In this document: positions 61,531-64,000 of the stretch, one piece after another
How positions within the stretch are numbered: the first letter of the stretch is position 1
How the letters are laid out: every line of letters begins with the position of its first letter
Assembly (NCBI GenBank): GCA_963739305.1
Contig: CAVTZU010000010.1
Span: 1 to 64,000, forward strand
DNA length: 64,000 nt
From: Candidatus Bathyarchaeota archaeon
GTDB lineage: Archaea; Thermoproteota; Bathyarchaeia; Bathyarchaeales; Bathycorpusculaceae
Direction of reading: 5' to 3'
Position numbers and translations under genes: made by a program
Notes under the pieces: generated by a model
Database searches by the model: none
Seen by the model: only the letters and a program-made list of their open reading frames with translations
Told to the model about the DNA's origin: nothing

Positions 61531-62279
61531 ATAAACCAACGAAACTGCTGTTCTTCCCTCTTCTTTTCTTCTCCGACATTCCTTATCAGGCCGAAAGACT
61601 CCAAAATCTTCTTGGTTTCTTCCGCAGCCAAATTCAACCTTGACAGGTCGGTGTCAACGTTTACCGACTTTTTCAGAACCGACAGCGCTGCCCGAGTCGC
61701 TTCCACATCGGGATAAGTTCCCAAAGTGTCCACAAGTAAAGAGAAACTCTTCATTCCCCTAAGCCTCGCCAACCCGACCATGATTCCTGCTATTCCAAAG
61801 ACCTGCCCAACCATTATCTTCGTCCCCAATTCCAACAGCTTCTGGAGAGTTTCATGGTCAGAAGCTGCACAGTAGACCTGAGGGGGGGTCTTGACTTCCT
61901 CCTGCCTGAAACCGCCCAAGGTTATGACGTGCTTGCACTCCAGGTCTCTTGCGATGTCCAGAACGCGACCGCAAAGTTCGTACTGTCCTCCCGTGGTCAG
62001 AGCCTGGGTGTTTCCGTACCATATGACTATATCGCGTTCACCTTTTTTGTCGATGCCATAGTAGAGCTCGTTTATCGGTGAGAGAGTTCTTCCCCCTGCG
62101 GTCGTGACTGCCAAATCTTGAAAAGCCGAAGAATGAATCTCGGCGAAACGCGTGGCCTGAAACTCATTTATTAGATGAAGAGCTGCAATATTGGCCACAA
62201 ACCCTATGCCTGGTAAACCCTCGATTAACAACGGGTTCTTGAGCTTGGGCTTTTCAAACATCTCGACCAGGCAAACCAT
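61527..62279 (-). CDS. PAC2-family proteasome assembly chaperone
   Basis: LIEGLPGIGFVANIAA.HL, GNTQ, ITLGG, G..G. Confidence 0.92.
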   Translation of the reverse strand: MVCLVEMFEKPKLKNPLLIEGLPGIGFVANIAALHLINEFQATRFAEIHSSAFQDLAVTTAGGRTLSPINELYYGIDKKGERDIVIWYGNTQALTTGGQYELCGRVLDIARDLECKHVITLGGFRQEEVKTPPQVYCAASDHETLQKLLELGTKIMVGQVFGIAGIMVGLARLRGMKSFSLLVDTLGTYPDVEATRAALSVLKKSVNVDTDLSRLNLAAEETKKILESFGLIRNVGEEKKREEQQFRWFI

Positions 62280-62365
62280 TTGACCGATTTCCTTTTTGCG
62301 GGTGAACGTAGTAGATAAAAAAAACGATGGTATAAGTGTGTTTTGATGGGCGAGAAGAACGGTGA

Positions 62366-64000
62366 CTACCTGAGAGTCACGAGTTTCAGTTTCTCGAGGT
62401 CTCGTAAGATCTTCAGTGCATGTTCAGGGTTAGTCTCGCTGTACTCGGCTGAAACGGCTTTCATGATCTCGTACAAGCTTCGTTTTCCGTCCATGAAATT
62501 CAGAATCTCCGGCGCTTTCTTGTCGAATTCTCTGTCTTTTTCCTCGATCTCGAGGTACCATTCGAATTCTTTTTCCCCGAGCCCTTTCCTCACAACGTCA
62601 AAGCTAAGCGTTCCCTTGAACAGTCTTCGGGGAACTATCTTCTTCAAGTCGCCGCTTTCAGGTTCTTTCGTTTTAAGGGGCAACTGCAATTTCAGAGCTT
62701 TGGCAAAGTAATCCTGTACTTCATGGATTCTGGCAATTTCGCTTGCCCCCATTTTCCTAATGTCCTCACAGTAGGCGTTTAGAAGAGCGTTCAGTTCTGG
62801 GTTTTCCCCCAATCTCTTCACCGATTTGACAGCCTGTTGTTCCCGCCAGACTATGTGTTCAAGCTTGTCTTTGTAACGCTGCCCTATTCTGACTACGTCT
62901 ATGGCCAGTTCCTCCGGTTTTGTTTTGGCCGCCCTTTCCTTGGTCTTGCCAATCTCTTGAACGGCTTCTCGCCTTGCATCTTGAATTCGTGACATCCCTT
63001 TAGAAGCAACCTGAGCTGCGAGGACAAGAGCCTCCTCAGCACCAGCGTTCGCAAGCGTCAACATTGCGACCGTCGCAATCCAGCCAACACGCTTCAGACT
63101 GTTCTCACTTACCTTATCGATTGTGTCCATGCTCGTATGATAGAACAAGTCAGGCCACTGCAGTAACATTACACAAGGGATACCTATCGTTGAATCGGTA
63201 AATTCCGCGTGGTCACTTCCCCCGCTGAACGACCCAGTCGCGTAACGAAACGTCGTGGTCGAACCGAAAGCCGAAGGCGTATCGAATTCCCTCACTGAAT
63301 TCTCCATGAGGCCGAAGACAAAATCGTTCAGAAACGATGGCAGCGAGTCGGGAGTGCGATCGAGGTTAAGCGTCGACTTGCAGAGTTCCTGGTTTTGACC
63401 GACCATGTCAAGGTTAATGCCAGCGATCATTCTCGACGGGAGATCTTCATGCCGGTGCAGATAAACGATTGAACCAAACGTCTCGGGAACCCAAAGGAAG
63501 CGGATGGTCCGCTTTGGTCGTTTAACCTTGCCCTTCGCGATCAAAGTACTGATTGTCCTGGCAATCTCCAAGAGGAGGCCACTGCCTGATGCGTTGTCAT
63601 TTGCGCTAGGCTTTGGGTGACAAAGGTGAGCAATCAGAAATACCTCCTCTCTTTTCTTCGAAGTGCCGGGGATCGTGGCCGTCACGACATCGAGCTTTCC
63701 CGAAAAAAGTTTCGCGTCAACCTTTGCGTTCAACTTGACTGGCTTACCGCTTTTGAGTAGTGCTCGAAGCTGGTTTCCTTGTCTCTTGCTGAGTGAAAAA
63801 CCGAACTTGACTTTTGGCAGTTCTTCCGCTGATGGCCAGATAGACTGATATGCATGTGCGTCGGGTATGTCTATGCTCTCTCTGACACCTGGCATTTCAA
63901 ACGTTATTGTGTCGGTTATTACGCCTGCCGCTCCGCGCTTGTAGACGGCTTCTTCATGAACACGTTTTGCCCTGCCTGTCGCCAAAACAAGCTTGCCCTT
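62366..64000 (-). CDS. M28/DUF4910 aminopeptidase-like protein, 5' truncated by the window edge
   Basis: AHLCHPKPSANDNASG, VPETFG, NLDMVG, GGSDH, YHTSMDT, C-terminal wHTH; frame open to 64000. Confidence 0.9.
   Translation of the reverse strand, partial: KGKLVLATGRAKRVHEEAVYKRGAAGVITDTITFEMPGVRESIDIPDAHAYQSIWPSAEELPKVKFGFSLSKRQGNQLRALLKSGKPVKLNAKVDAKLFSGKLDVVTATIPGTSKKREEVFLIAHLCHPKPSANDNASGSGLLLEIARTISTLIAKGKVKRPKRTIRFLWVPETFGSIVYLHRHEDLPSRMIAGINLDMVGQNQELCKSTLNLDRTPDSLPSFLNDFVFGLMENSVREFDTPSAFGSTTTFRYATGSFSGGSDHAEFTDSTIGIPCVMLLQWPDLFYHTSMDTIDKVSENSLKRVGWIATVAMLTLANAGAEEALVLAAQVASKGMSRIQDARREAVQEIGKTKERAAKTKPEELAIDVVRIGQRYKDKLEHIVWREQQAVKSVKRLGENPELNALLNAYCEDIRKMGASEIARIHEVQDYFAKALKLQLPLKTKEPESGDLKKIVPRRLFKGTLSFDVVRKGLGEKEFEWYLEIEEKDREFDKKAPEILNFMDGKRSLYEIMKAVSAEYSETNPEHALKILRDLEKLKLVTLR

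Noticed and set aside
530-63848. Numerous short antisense or alternate-frame ORFs nested in long genes
   Set aside because: Shadow ORFs of well-supported genes with no independent motifs.

Overview
Archaeal genomic window, most consistent with Bathyarchaeia or a related TACK lineage (short L13e, SmAP3, intron-bearing tRNAs; this assignment is inference). Layout: (i) 0.4-12.7 kb accessory region with a radical SAM gene, two intron-containing tRNAs (Phe-GAA, Val-CAC), a frameshifted tyrosine recombinase and secreted-protein genes; (ii) 12.7-19.8 kb core genes (Pop5, Rpp30, L13e, L15e, Dph6, geranylgeranyl reductase, site-2 protease); (iii) 20-38.5 kb surface-glycosylation cluster; (iv) a large S-layer-like protein, MBL hydrolase and cofE; (v) 43.3-57.8 kb type IV pilus locus with an adhesin and six pilin-like genes; (vi) glmM-glmU, Lrp, SmAP3, PAC2 and a partial M28/DUF4910 peptidase. 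Most interesting unexplained signals: a 21-23 bp repeat at the 5' end of the recombinase that recurs three times and separates cargo genes; dispersed (CG)n palindromes fused to stop codons that bracket small single-gene units; and a tRNA-Phe intron that is 12/12 complementary to the spliced anticodon arm of the neighbouring tRNA-Val. Several conserved genes carry single-base frameshifts, probably consensus errors.
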